The notes under the pieces: model-generated | What the model was told of the DNA's origin: nothing | The model's input: only the letters and a program-made list of their open reading frames with translations | Database searches by the model: none | Origin: Bacteriovoracaceae bacterium | GTDB taxonomy: Bacteria > Bdellovibrionota > Bacteriovoracia > Bacteriovoracales > Bacteriovoracaceae | DNA: 52,963 bases | Direction: 5' to 3' | Assembly (NCBI GenBank): GCA_041586955.1 | Contig: JBFGZE010000014.1 | Location: forward strand, 1 to 52,963 | Position numbers and translations under genes: made by a program | Part shown: one piece after another, positions 20,031 to 29,516 of the stretch | Layout of the letters: every line of letters begins with the position of its first letter | How positions within the stretch are numbered: position 1 is the stretch's first letter

Positions 20031-21545
20031 TTAGGCCACTTTCTTATATTCGTCGGTTAATTCACAGATAAAGCGCAAGTTTAAGTTTGCGTGACTGGTA
20101 TTTTCAATACCAATTCTTTTAATGGACCTTAATTTTAATTTAGGTGTGATCGGTTCATAAATTAATTGAATTTCATTACCAAAAATAGATTGGTTATTTA
20201 TTCTTTTAAAGAAGTCTTTTTCTTCTTCTGACCATTTTGCTTCCGAAGAACCTCGTTTTACCGTTTCAAAACCTTTATCACCCCTGACGATACCCCGAAG
20301 AGCTCTACCTGAACCATCTTGCGTCTTTTCACCAGAGATATGCCGTAATAGGATTCCTCCATATATACCTTTCTCTCTATTGCCACAGGTTATATCGACA
20401 CCGTGTCGATTAAATATTGGGGGAGACCAATTGGGAAATTTTGATTTTGTATGAAAGTAAAATGTACCGGAATTGAGTTGTTCATCTCTACAATGAACAG
20501 CGCTATCTTCTATTAAATTTGGAATACATAAATAGAACTCTAGTGCAAGAAATCGATGTTCCCCTCGCTTGGTTTTTATTTTCCAATTATTGATGAGCTC
20601 ACTTGCAATTAATTCCGCTTTCTCAAGAACTTCTTCTTCAGACTCACAAGTTTCAAAATCTAAAAGATCGATTAAGAATTCCTGATTAAGTTTGTCGATC
20701 TTTGATTCTGTTTCATAAATTTGGGATAGATCTAGATCGTATTTTTGAGAAACAGTAATTATTACGAATGTTTGAAAGAGTCCAAAAAAGTGGTCATGGG
20801 GTAGAACTCGATGAAGCATACTTTCTGTCGTTTCATTTTTTAGGGTATAGGTTCGAAGTAAGTTGGTAAGCGTTTTTGAGGCCGAGACTATAAGGTTTTC
20901 AAATTCTGCATTGTCCGGACTGATTTTATCAAGCCCCATGCTAGAGAGGTCATTATTGCCATAAACCATACCCATCGCCATGACTAGTTTAATTATATCG
21001 ATTCGTTTCTCAATATCCATTTTTAGTGTGATATAAATTAAATCTTTATCATTCTGGATGCCGATAAATTCTTCTAGCCATTGGGCCCTAACGGATTCAT
21101 AGTTTTCGAGGATGTATTCAACTGGATGCTTGTTGAAAATCATATAGGAATAAAGGCCTTTAGGTATATCTAATAGAGATATATCACAAGCAATTAAAGC
21201 TTCGTAAATATTTGGTACTATTGTATTACAAATCTCACTAGGTTCCATCCCAGGTGCTAGTCTCTCTAAAAAGTCTAATGCCTCCTTTCCTTTCTTTAAA
21301 GGGAAGCAGGAAGTAAAATAATTAATAAAGTAGTGAAGGGTATGTGGATTAAGATCAATTGCCTTTTTGAAGTATATATTCGCCTGTTCAGGATTCCCCA
21401 AAGAAGATTGTGCAATCCCCCAATAATTCCATAGTCTCGAATCGCTTTCATTGATATGCTCATGGAGGTAGTCATTTAGTTCACTATATTGAGAGTTCTC
21501 TAAAAACTGGATACATTTTTTATTTAAGTCCATGTTAATTGTCAC
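20031..21545 (-). CDS. TPR protein with C-terminal MPG/AAG-like (3-methyladenine DNA glycosylase fold) domain
   Basis: TPR 'LWNYWGIAQSSLGNPEQANIYFKKAIDLNP'; C-terminal 'LEFY..D.AVH..Q..G.FYFH..GVDITCG..YGGILLR..G.G..RIGI..LRF'. Confidence 0.65.
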   Translation of the reverse strand: MTINMDLNKKCIQFLENSQYSELNDYLHEHINESDSRLWNYWGIAQSSLGNPEQANIYFKKAIDLNPHTLHYFINYFTSCFPLKKGKEALDFLERLAPGMEPSEICNTIVPNIYEALIACDISLLDIPKGLYSYMIFNKHPVEYILENYESVRAQWLEEFIGIQNDKDLIYITLKMDIEKRIDIIKLVMAMGMVYGNNDLSSMGLDKISPDNAEFENLIVSASKTLTNLLRTYTLKNETTESMLHRVLPHDHFFGLFQTFVIITVSQKYDLDLSQIYETESKIDKLNQEFLIDLLDFETCESEEEVLEKAELIASELINNWKIKTKRGEHRFLALEFYLCIPNLIEDSAVHCRDEQLNSGTFYFHTKSKFPNWSPPIFNRHGVDITCGNREKGIYGGILLRHISGEKTQDGSGRALRGIVRGDKGFETVKRGSSEAKWSEEEKDFFKRINNQSIFGNEIQLIYEPITPKLKLRSIKRIGIENTSHANLNLRFICELTDEYKKVA

Positions 21546-21893
21546 TTATTTTGTTCATTAAGTCCTAGGGGGAATCCTTTTGGGCCATGAAGAGGGAATA
21601 TTATAATATTGTTACTTGTGTTTTCGTATTCATTTATCGGACTTAAATTTAATGGCCATGAATAATAATTAAAGTTATAGGAGAAAGCAACTTTTGCCGT
21701 GGTGGCCATAAAAACGTAAATTAAATGGGTTAGGCCAGAATTATATTACTCTGATAAGATTAAATATCTATATGTTATATATGTCATACCCCATTAAATA
21801 GAACTTGGTGCGCAAACTAATCAGATAATAATAGGGAACGAAGTAATATAACAATTATACCTATAATAGATTATTTTATATTTGGGAGGAGAA

Positions 21894-22787
21894 ATGTTGA
21901 ATCGTCTCTTAGATATGTCAGTCATCTTTTCTTTTGATAAGAGTGGTTTTCTTAGGCACAAAAAATATTTTGTGAGTGAAGATTTCTGTGATCTGTCTGA
22001 CCGGAAAATCTTAGTGACGGGAGGGACTTCCGGAATTGGTCTGAAAGTGACGCAAACCCTTGTCGCTTGTGGAGCTAGTTTGTTTTATACCGGTAGGAAT
22101 AGGATAAAGGGCAAGAAAAATGAAAGGGAGAATCAAAAATTTATTCCTTTGGATATGGCCGATTGGAAGGCCATTGATTCTTTTGTCGCTTGTTCACGAG
22201 TTCTCGATGCAATTGTTCTTAATGCGGGAGGTATGCCTGAATATTATACGGAAAACTCCCATGGGGTAGAATTACAGGCGGCGTCTCAGTTATTTGGTCA
22301 TTATTATCTCATTAAAAGTTTAAGGGATAAAGGAAAGCTAGGCCCAGATGCACGAATTGTATGGGTTAGTTCTGGAGGAATGTATTTAAAAAAACTGGAT
22401 TTAGATAATCTATTGCGAACCATGTCTTATGATAAGGTTGATGTTTACGCCAATGTGAAGCGAGCACAAGTCACGCTGGTGGAAGAATTAGCAAAAGATT
22501 CAACCTGGAGTGATATTAGGATTGTATCAATGCATCCCGGCTGGGTAGGGACTGAGGGGGTGAAGTATGCATTACCAAAATTTTATAAATTGATGAAAAA
22601 ACGCCTTCGCAGCTTAGAGCAGGGGGCCGATACTATTGTGTGGTTACTGCGTACCAAAAAAGAAATTCAATCTGGTGGTTTTTATTTTGACCGAAAAATT
22701 GTCTCTCCCTATATATCAAAGCAGTATATCCCCACTAGAGAGCAAAGAGCGAAGTTAATTGATTTATTGAATTCCCAAAAGTACTGA
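21894..22787 (+). CDS. Short-chain dehydrogenase/reductase (DHRS12-like)
   Basis: TGGTSGIG, 'VSSGGMY', YANVK (YxxxK), 'MHPGWV'; GGAGG RBS. Confidence 0.9.
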   Translation: MLNRLLDMSVIFSFDKSGFLRHKKYFVSEDFCDLSDRKILVTGGTSGIGLKVTQTLVACGASLFYTGRNRIKGKKNERENQKFIPLDMADWKAIDSFVACSRVLDAIVLNAGGMPEYYTENSHGVELQAASQLFGHYYLIKSLRDKGKLGPDARIVWVSSGGMYLKKLDLDNLLRTMSYDKVDVYANVKRAQVTLVEELAKDSTWSDIRIVSMHPGWVGTEGVKYALPKFYKLMKKRLRSLEQGADTIVWLLRTKKEIQSGGFYFDRKIVSPYISKQYIPTREQRAKLIDLLNSQKY

Positions 22788-22800
22788 TGAGTAAAAATCT

Positions 22801-23763
22801 CTAATTCATATTTAATGTTTGCCCCATTCTTCCTGCAGTCAAGGGGGTGCATACTTCTCTAAATGACAGAGATAAAGATTTTATCAAATGATCATCTTTA
22901 CTCTTTGTATGGCACGCAAAAAAGATTCGGTGTTTCCAGTATCCATTTTTTGGCCCTAGTGAGCATAGTGATTTATCCTCAAGCTCCTTGGTGATATAAG
23001 CAAGCGGTAAAAATGTTATTCCTATTTTCCCAACCACAGACCTGGGGAGAGATTCGATGACGTCACTTTCAAAAGCGATCCTTCCTTTTAGGGCGTTCGC
23101 TTCAAAGAAATGATTTATCTCGGACCTTAGTTTGAAACCGCTAGAGGGCATTACCCATTGGCAAATGCTATCCTTCGTTAATTTTCTTAATGTCGTCGCA
23201 ATATTTGAATGACGTTTTTTGGGTGATAATTTGTTAGTAACGGTACATATTAAGTTCACAGGAATTTCAGCATATTGTAAATTTTCGAGCTCTGGGTTTT
23301 TCATTGATAGTGGTGTAATAACGACATCTATCTCTCTAAATCGCAATTGATCACTAAGCTTTTCGTGCTCACCTGAAATCATTGTAACTTTTGGCCGTAG
23401 TTTGTCATTATACTTGGCCAAAAAATTACTTATGATCTTTACCACAAACGAGTTTGCTATTTCATTTGAAACACCAATATGAACTCTTCTTGAGGCATAG
23501 GGAATGTATTCCGTAATTGACTCATGCATTTCCTCTGAAAGCTCAAACATTTGTCTGCAAAAGCCAAAGATCAAGGCGCCTTCTGACGTCAATTCATTTT
23601 TTCGGCCATTTTTCTTAAAAAGTTTAATTTGTAAAAAATCTTCTAATACTTTTAATTGTCCACTCAATGAAGGTTGACTAATTAATAGATGCTTGGCGGC
23701 AGAGGTGACCCCTCCAGATTTTACAGTGATGTAAAAATAATAAAGGTGATTATAATTATACAT
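22801..23763 (-). CDS. LysR-family regulator (NhaR-like N-terminus)
   Basis: 'NYNHLYYF...AAKHLLISQPSLSGQLKVLE'. Confidence 0.92.
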   Translation of the reverse strand: MYNYNHLYYFYITVKSGGVTSAAKHLLISQPSLSGQLKVLEDFLQIKLFKKNGRKNELTSEGALIFGFCRQMFELSEEMHESITEYIPYASRRVHIGVSNEIANSFVVKIISNFLAKYNDKLRPKVTMISGEHEKLSDQLRFREIDVVITPLSMKNPELENLQYAEIPVNLICTVTNKLSPKKRHSNIATTLRKLTKDSICQWVMPSSGFKLRSEINHFFEANALKGRIAFESDVIESLPRSVVGKIGITFLPLAYITKELEDKSLCSLGPKNGYWKHRIFFACHTKSKDDHLIKSLSLSFREVCTPLTAGRMGQTLNMN

Positions 23764-23862
23764 ACGTTTATCCTATGTATCATATAGTAACTTTATATTA
23801 TATCTATTAATAAGAAGATGGCATGATGAGCTTCCCTAGTAATTTAAACACAGGAGAACATT

Positions 23863-24063
23863 ATGCCAATACCACAAAATGAATGGAAAGTAACAAAGGG
23901 AAAGATTAAAGCAAAGTTTGGAAAACTTAGTGATTCAGATATTGAATCATTAAATGGTCATATGGACCAACTGACCAGTAAGGTTCAAAAGGCCTACATG
24001 TATGACAAAACTAAGGCCGAAAAAGAGTGTAAAGCTTTTAATGAATCCTTAAAAAAGCATTAA
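23863..24063 (+). CDS. CsbD/YjbJ-family stress protein
   Basis: 'EWKVTKGKIKAKFGKLSDSDI...G..DQL..KVQKAY'; AGGAG RBS. Confidence 0.85.
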   Translation: MPIPQNEWKVTKGKIKAKFGKLSDSDIESLNGHMDQLTSKVQKAYMYDKTKAEKECKAFNESLKKH

Positions 24064-24103
24064 TCTAGTACACTACTTTTTTAAAGGGTAGCGTATTAAT
24101 GAC

Positions 24104-24149
24104 AGAGAGCTTACTTCTAAAAAGAAAGGGAGTAAGCTCTTTCTTATTT
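24104..24149 (+). terminator. Intrinsic terminator after the csbD-like gene
   Basis: Stem AGAGCTTACT (24106-24115) / AGTAAGCTCT (24131-24140) followed by a T-rich tail. Confidence 0.7.
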
Positions 24150-24241
24150 ATTGAATTCTTTAAGCTTGAAAATATGTGCGACGCTCCTTGCGTGGGCCTC
24201 TTTTATTCGTCTATTGACGTTTAACGACTTGAAATTATTGC

Positions 24242-24263
24242 TATTTGACCGGTTGGTCAAATA
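24242..24263. promoter_or_regulatory. TetR operator 1 overlapping the -35 box of the tetR promoter
   Basis: Perfect 9-bp arms TATTTGACC-GGTT-GGTCAAATA; -35 TTGACC 24245-24250, extended -10 TGcTATACT 24266-24274. Confidence 0.8.
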
Positions 24264-24280
24264 AGTGCTATACTTTTATT

Positions 24281-24850
24281 ATGAGCAGAGTAATTGACTT
24301 TGATAGAGATGATATTATTGAAAAAGCAATGAATGTTTTTTGGGCCAAGGGGTATAAAAATACATCCGTGCGTGACCTTATGGACGCAACAGGCCTGCTA
24401 AAGGGAAGCATTTATAATGCTTTTGAAAGCAAGGAGAATCTATTTCTTATTTGCTTAGAAAGATATGGGCAATACTCAAAAACATTTCACTACAAGGATG
24501 GAGAGGACCCCTCTATCTATTTAAAAAGATTTTTCAAGCGCCTAGTCGATGAAGGGGTTGATCAAAGAAATGTGAAAGGCTGCCTCATAATGAACTCATG
24601 TCTTGAGTTTTCAGAAACAGAAAACCAGTTGGCAGAAAGGTCAAAACTTCTATTTGAAGTAACAGAACTTAATCTGAAGAGGGCAAGTGATGCACTTTTA
24701 CATAAATCAAAAGTGAGAACCAGGAATGCTGAGTCAATATTAATTTCGGCCGCCTTTTCGATAAGAGAGATCTCTAAATTTAAAAAAGATGAAGTTTTTT
24801 TAACACAAATTGCAAATAACGCACTCGCATGTGTGGGTTTGACTATGTAG
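24281..24850 (+). CDS. TetR/AcrR regulator (NemR/ComR-like)
   Basis: 'FW.KGY..TSVRDLMDATGL.KGSIYNAFESKENLF' HTH; 'GCLIMNSCLE' motif. Confidence 0.92.
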   Translation: MSRVIDFDRDDIIEKAMNVFWAKGYKNTSVRDLMDATGLLKGSIYNAFESKENLFLICLERYGQYSKTFHYKDGEDPSIYLKRFFKRLVDEGVDQRNVKGCLIMNSCLEFSETENQLAERSKLLFEVTELNLKRASDALLHKSKVRTRNAESILISAAFSIREISKFKKDEVFLTQIANNALACVGLTM

Positions 24851-24864
24851 TTTTTTTTACCCTT

Positions 24865-24886
24865 TATTTGACCGATCGTTCAAGTA
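24865..24886. promoter_or_regulatory. TetR operator 2 upstream of ccdA
   Basis: TATTTGACC-GATC-GTTCAAGTA: left arm identical to operator 1, right arm with 2 mismatches. Confidence 0.75.
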
Positions 24887-24899
24887 TATTGGAGAAGGT

Positions 24900-25628
24900 A
24901 TGGCGTTTAGTTTAGTATTAAGTTCATTTTTGGCAGGAGTTTTAACAATTTTTTCTCCTTGTATATTGCCAATAGTTCCATTTGTGGTTCGTTCATCAAT
25001 GGAAAAATCCAAATGGGGTCCTGTTCTCTTAGCACTGGGACTTGCGACTAGTTTTTCTATTTCCACATACTTCATTGCAACAACTGGTAGGTTGATTGGG
25101 TTGTCTCCAGATAATTTAAAAATGGCCTCAGGTGTATTTTTACTTATTGCCTCATTACTTTTTCTCTTTCCTAAGTTGACGGAAAAAATGTCTCTCCTGC
25201 TGGCCCCTATAAATAACAAGCTTCAGGCATATGGTGCTAAGTCAAATTCTGAAAATAGCTCAGTTTTTATGGAATTTTTGAATGGGATATTTTTAGGCCC
25301 TATTTGGGCGCCATGTAGCGGTCCGACACTTGCTATAATAATCGGAATAATTGTTAACACACCAGAACTTAAATCTTCTATGCTCTTATTAGCGATATTC
25401 TCAATTGGCGCAATATGTCCAATTTTATTTATTTCCTATGGGGCCAAAAGTCTTGTGGAGAAAGTTAAAAAGAAAAGCTTAAATAATTCACATAAATTAA
25501 AGCTATTTTTAGGCAGTTTATCTGGGGTAATGTCCATCTTGATCTTAACGGGACAAGACAAAAAATTAGAATCTTTTATACTGAGCTTATTGCCAGAGTT
25601 TATAACGAATTTATCATTATCTATTTGA
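24900..25628 (+). CDS. ccdA: CcdA/DsbD-type transmembrane electron transporter
   Basis: 'AGVLTIFSPCILPIVP' and 'WAPCSGPTL' redox Cys motifs. Confidence 0.9.
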   Translation: MAFSLVLSSFLAGVLTIFSPCILPIVPFVVRSSMEKSKWGPVLLALGLATSFSISTYFIATTGRLIGLSPDNLKMASGVFLLIASLLFLFPKLTEKMSLLLAPINNKLQAYGAKSNSENSSVFMEFLNGIFLGPIWAPCSGPTLAIIIGIIVNTPELKSSMLLLAIFSIGAICPILFISYGAKSLVEKVKKKSLNNSHKLKLFLGSLSGVMSILILTGQDKKLESFILSLLPEFITNLSLSI

Positions 25629-25647
25629 TATAAAAAGGGGTTGTTAG

Positions 25648-26640
25648 ATGAATCGAATTTTACTTGTATTAGCTTTTTTCCTAAGTGGGATCATTTATGC
25701 GAATGATTCTACCAGTAATATTAAAACTTTCTTGAAGGCGAATAAGAATGTTCTTGTTCATGTTCATGCTGATTGGTGCCCATCATGTAAAGTCCAAAAG
25801 AAAATCCTTACTACAGTTTCTTTGAAGGGGGCCAAGCTGCTTGAGGTCAATTTTGATAAAGATAAAATATTTTTAAAAGACAATAAGGTGTTTCAGCAAT
25901 CTATGTTGATTGCATTTAAAGATGGAAAGGAAGCAAGTCGTGTTTTTGGTATTACGAAAAAAGAGAAAATTATGAATTTCATTAATAAAAATTTTAATGA
26001 GTCTTTACAAGAAAAGATCAATAAAAAGAGAGCAGGATCAAGTGTTCCTAAAAAAGAGAGAATGACAATGGAGCAAGCTACTGAAAAACTCAGAAAGTCA
26101 GGAATTGTAGATAAGGCGAAAAAGAAGGGGGATTCTTTTATAGATTTTACTTTGCCGAATGTTGATGGAAAGACAGTCCGTTTATCCGAAGAGTTAAAAA
26201 AAGGGCCAGTGGTTTTAACTTTCTACAGAGGTGGTTGGTGTCCGTATTGTAATATTCAGCTTAAGGCCTATCAAGATAGCTTGGATGAGTTTAAATTAGC
26301 TGGAGGGCAATTAATAGCAATTTCTCCTGAATCAATGGACTCGGCCAATACGACTGTAAAAAAACATGAGATAAAATTTAAAATTTTGTCAGATAATCTT
26401 AATAAGGTAGCAAAACAATATGGATTGGTTTTTAAGCTAGATGAAAATATTAAGAACGTTTATCTTAAATTTGGCCTTGATCTTGAAAAAAGCCAGGGGA
26501 ATGATTTATGGGAGCTTCCTATTCCTGCAACCTATGTGATCAATAAAGACGGGAAGATTGTATATTCCTTTTTGAATGTGGATTACATCCAGCGTGCGGA
26601 GCCAAAAGATATTATAAAAACTCTAGAAAGCCTAAAGTAG
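25648..26640 (+). CDS. Exported thioredoxin + AhpC/TSA peroxiredoxin-like fusion
   Basis: Signal peptide; HADWCPSC; second domain 'FYRGGWCPYCN...LPIPATYVI'. Confidence 0.85.
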   Translation: MNRILLVLAFFLSGIIYANDSTSNIKTFLKANKNVLVHVHADWCPSCKVQKKILTTVSLKGAKLLEVNFDKDKIFLKDNKVFQQSMLIAFKDGKEASRVFGITKKEKIMNFINKNFNESLQEKINKKRAGSSVPKKERMTMEQATEKLRKSGIVDKAKKKGDSFIDFTLPNVDGKTVRLSEELKKGPVVLTFYRGGWCPYCNIQLKAYQDSLDEFKLAGGQLIAISPESMDSANTTVKKHEIKFKILSDNLNKVAKQYGLVFKLDENIKNVYLKFGLDLEKSQGNDLWELPIPATYVINKDGKIVYSFLNVDYIQRAEPKDIIKTLESLK

Positions 26641-26650
26641 AGGACACAAT

Positions 26651-27073
26651 ATGAGCAACTTCAAGGAAAAAAACTACCTCATCTTTAGAGCGGTGATGGG
26701 AGTTAATATGATAATTCATGGCGGAGTGAGAATTTTTGGTGACTATCAAGGGTTTATTTCTAAAATGGTGAAAATGTTTGAACCAACCTTTCTTCCGCGT
26801 TTTATGATTGAATTTAGCGCTCATCTAATTTCACCAGTTGAATTATTATTTGGCGCACTTCTATTTCTAGGCCTTCAAACGAGAGCTTCGATTCTTGTGT
26901 TAACTGCGAATATGATGCTTTTGATTGTCGGTGTTAGTTTGCTTCAAAAGTGGGATTTAGCGGCCTTGCAAATGTCTTATGTATTATATCTCTTTTTCTT
27001 AGGGAATTTTGTAGAATTGAATGCCCTATCTTTAGATCAACTTATTAACAGAAAAAGGACTAATCATGAATAA
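26651..27073 (+). CDS. DoxX-family membrane protein
   Basis: 'R..MGVNMIIHG..RI', 'ELLFGALLFLGLQTR', 'LSLD'. Confidence 0.8.
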   Translation: MSNFKEKNYLIFRAVMGVNMIIHGGVRIFGDYQGFISKMVKMFEPTFLPRFMIEFSAHLISPVELLFGALLFLGLQTRASILVLTANMMLLIVGVSLLQKWDLAALQMSYVLYLFFLGNFVELNALSLDQLINRKRTNHE

Positions 27074-27527
27074 AGTTATGAAGATTACGGCATTTCTAAA
27101 TGGACTATTATTGATCAGGTTTTCACTCTCAAAATTATTCGCATGGCCCATTTCTGTTCAGGCATTTATTGATATGGCCAGGCCAATAGGTATTGACCCA
27201 ACTTTTTTTAGAATTTTTACAGGTATCATTATTTCTACTATTTGCTTAGGCTATTTTATAAGCTTTTACATTTTAATTAAAAACAAAACTCAGGAAAATG
27301 TGAGGAAGCTTATTTATGTAGCGTTCTTCAATTTTCTCGGCGCCATGGTAATGATTGGTGCGCTTGGGGCAGAGTTTTTACTCAGGACAGAACCTAAGTG
27401 GCCGCTCGTGATTATAGCTTTCTTTATTATTATAACCTCAGTTTATAATTTGATTTGCTTGAAAAAGTTCGATGTTTATTCGCATCTTTGTCATTCTAGT
27501 AAATTAAAATTACCTGAGAACTCTTAA
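27066..27527 (+). CDS. Membrane protein (DoxX-like, 4 TM)
   Basis: 'SKLFAWPISVQAF..M..PIGIDPTFFRIFTG'; overlaps the upstream gene. Confidence 0.55.
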   Translation: MNKVMKITAFLNGLLLIRFSLSKLFAWPISVQAFIDMARPIGIDPTFFRIFTGIIISTICLGYFISFYILIKNKTQENVRKLIYVAFFNFLGAMVMIGALGAEFLLRTEPKWPLVIIAFFIIITSVYNLICLKKFDVYSHLCHSSKLKLPENS

Positions 27528-27542
27528 ATAAGTGAAAACGTT

Positions 27543-28577
27543 ATGAAAAAATTAGAAACTTGTACGAAACTTAATAAAATTCGAGCTATAGTTGTAATTC
27601 AAATGGCCTCCTTATGTTTTTTGGTGACTTCATGTTCTTCGGTCAGAACCTACGACGCCCGCCTAAGCGGTTATAAATATCCATTTGAAGTTAAAAATTT
27701 TAAACTTAAAACTCAAAATCAATCTTTAGAAATGTCGTATATGGATCTCAACCAACAATCTAAGAACGTGGTTGTTCTCCTGCATGGAAAAAACTTTGCA
27801 GGTTTCTATTGGAAAAGAATAGCTCAGGATTTGATGAGAAGAGGATATCGAGTAATCATACCTGACCAAATAGGCTTTGGTAAAAGTTCTAAGCCTAAAA
27901 ATTATCAATATAGTTTTTCTCAGTTAGCACTAAATACCAAGAAGTTACTTGAAAGCTTAGAGGTAAAAAAAATCTCTATTGTGGGACATTCAATGGGGGG
28001 GATGCTGGCCGTAATATTTGCCGATAATTTTAAAAATAGTGTTAATCAAGTCATTTTGATCAATCCTATAGGACTAGAGGATTATGGTCGATATGTTCAG
28101 TTTAAAGATCCTTCGTTCTTTTATACAATAGAACTTAATAAGACGGCCGAAAAAATTAAAGAGTATCAAAAGAAAAACTATTATGATGGGTCATGGAAAC
28201 CTGAGTACGAAGACTTAGTTACTCCGTTTGCCAAGCAAATTGATGGACCTGACTGGAAGTTAGTCGCTTGGAATAATGCTCTCACTTATGGACCGATTTT
28301 TACCGAGAACATTATTGATAAACTTGAAAGAACCCAGGTTCCAATATCTATACTTTTAGGTATTAGAGATCGAACAGGTCCTGGAAGAAAATGGAAAAAA
28401 GAAGGCGTTAATTATCAATTAGGGCAGTATCAATTGATGAAAAGTAGATTAGTAAAATTGAGTGATAAAATACACATTAAAAACTTAAACGATTTGGGGC
28501 ATCTTCCACACTTTGAAGACTATGAACGTTTTTCCAAGAGCTTTTATCTTAATTTTCCGCAGATTAAAAGTCCTTAA
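27543..28577 (+). CDS. Alpha/beta hydrolase, probable lipoprotein
   Basis: VTS-C lipobox; LLHGKNF, PDQIGFGKSSKP, GHSMGG, GHLPH. Confidence 0.9.
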   Translation: MKKLETCTKLNKIRAIVVIQMASLCFLVTSCSSVRTYDARLSGYKYPFEVKNFKLKTQNQSLEMSYMDLNQQSKNVVVLLHGKNFAGFYWKRIAQDLMRRGYRVIIPDQIGFGKSSKPKNYQYSFSQLALNTKKLLESLEVKKISIVGHSMGGMLAVIFADNFKNSVNQVILINPIGLEDYGRYVQFKDPSFFYTIELNKTAEKIKEYQKKNYYDGSWKPEYEDLVTPFAKQIDGPDWKLVAWNNALTYGPIFTENIIDKLERTQVPISILLGIRDRTGPGRKWKKEGVNYQLGQYQLMKSRLVKLSDKIHIKNLNDLGHLPHFEDYERFSKSFYLNFPQIKSP

Positions 28578-28616
28578 GCTTCGACGGGAACTACTAGGTT
28601 TGATCCTGAATTAACT

Positions 28617-29501
28617 CTATATAAGGGACGTAATATACTGTTCCAAATATAAGTATCTCGAAGGTAGTTCAGTACCACGCTTTTTTATAATGTAAACGTC
28701 CTTAGAGATTGGTTTTTTCGGGGTGTATTTATGGTAGGAAGATTTTTTTCCAAACTTTTCGAGTGCAAATTGCGGTAAGACTGTAAAGCCAATCCCTTTG
28801 GTAATAGGTAAAGGAATTTGCTCTAATTGATTTATGTAGCCAATCGTTGGTATGTTCTCTAGTTTTAAGCTTTTAAGAATTTTATCATTTGATTGTTCTA
28901 AATAGAGAGAAAGGTACATTTTCGCATTGGGGTGATCTATAAGACCACACTCCATAAAAGTATTTGTCGTAATCTTTTTTTGACTGAATTGACGTGGGAA
29001 AATTAAATTTAATTCTTCTTTACCAATTTTTTTACATTCAAATAATTTTTGATCTGGAATTTGATGAACTAATCCAATTTCTATCTTTCTTTTAAGAATA
29101 TCATCAAATATTTTACTATCTGGTGCAGACTCAAGGAATATAATCAATTCACTGTTTTCTTTTTGAAGTTTTAAAAAATGAGGATAAAGTTTAAGGGCCA
29201 TAGAACCCGAGCATGATAAATAACAATTTCCTTTGTAGGGACTATCTAGGTCTAGTTTACTTCTAAGCTTCAGCTCGCTTTCGATAAGGGTTTTTGCGTA
29301 CTCATAAACAAGTCTTCCTTTTTCCGTTATTTCAAAACCTTTATTAATTCGAGTTATTAGTTGATGTCCACAAGCGTCTTCAAGCTTTGTTATGTGTTGA
29401 CTTACCCCCGGTTGTGTCATGTTTAGCTTTTTGGCCGTAAGGGTAAAATGGTTGATTTCAATTAAAGTTTTAAAAGTTAAAAGCCATTCACTATTAAGCA
29501 T
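28617..29501 (-). CDS. LysR-family regulator
   Basis: 'MLNSEWLLTF...HFTLTAKKLNMTQPGVSQHITKLE'; divergent from the glyoxalase gene. Confidence 0.92.
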   Translation of the reverse strand: MLNSEWLLTFKTLIEINHFTLTAKKLNMTQPGVSQHITKLEDACGHQLITRINKGFEITEKGRLVYEYAKTLIESELKLRSKLDLDSPYKGNCYLSCSGSMALKLYPHFLKLQKENSELIIFLESAPDSKIFDDILKRKIEIGLVHQIPDQKLFECKKIGKEELNLIFPRQFSQKKITTNTFMECGLIDHPNAKMYLSLYLEQSNDKILKSLKLENIPTIGYINQLEQIPLPITKGIGFTVLPQFALEKFGKKSSYHKYTPKKPISKDVYIIKKRGTELPSRYLYLEQYITSLI

Positions 29502-29516
29502 TTTAACCCCTAGGTC

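Noticed and set aside
24857..25219. 120-aa antisense ORF over ccdA, and similar antisense ORFs elsewhere
   Set aside because: Lie opposite well-supported genes with no independent coding evidence
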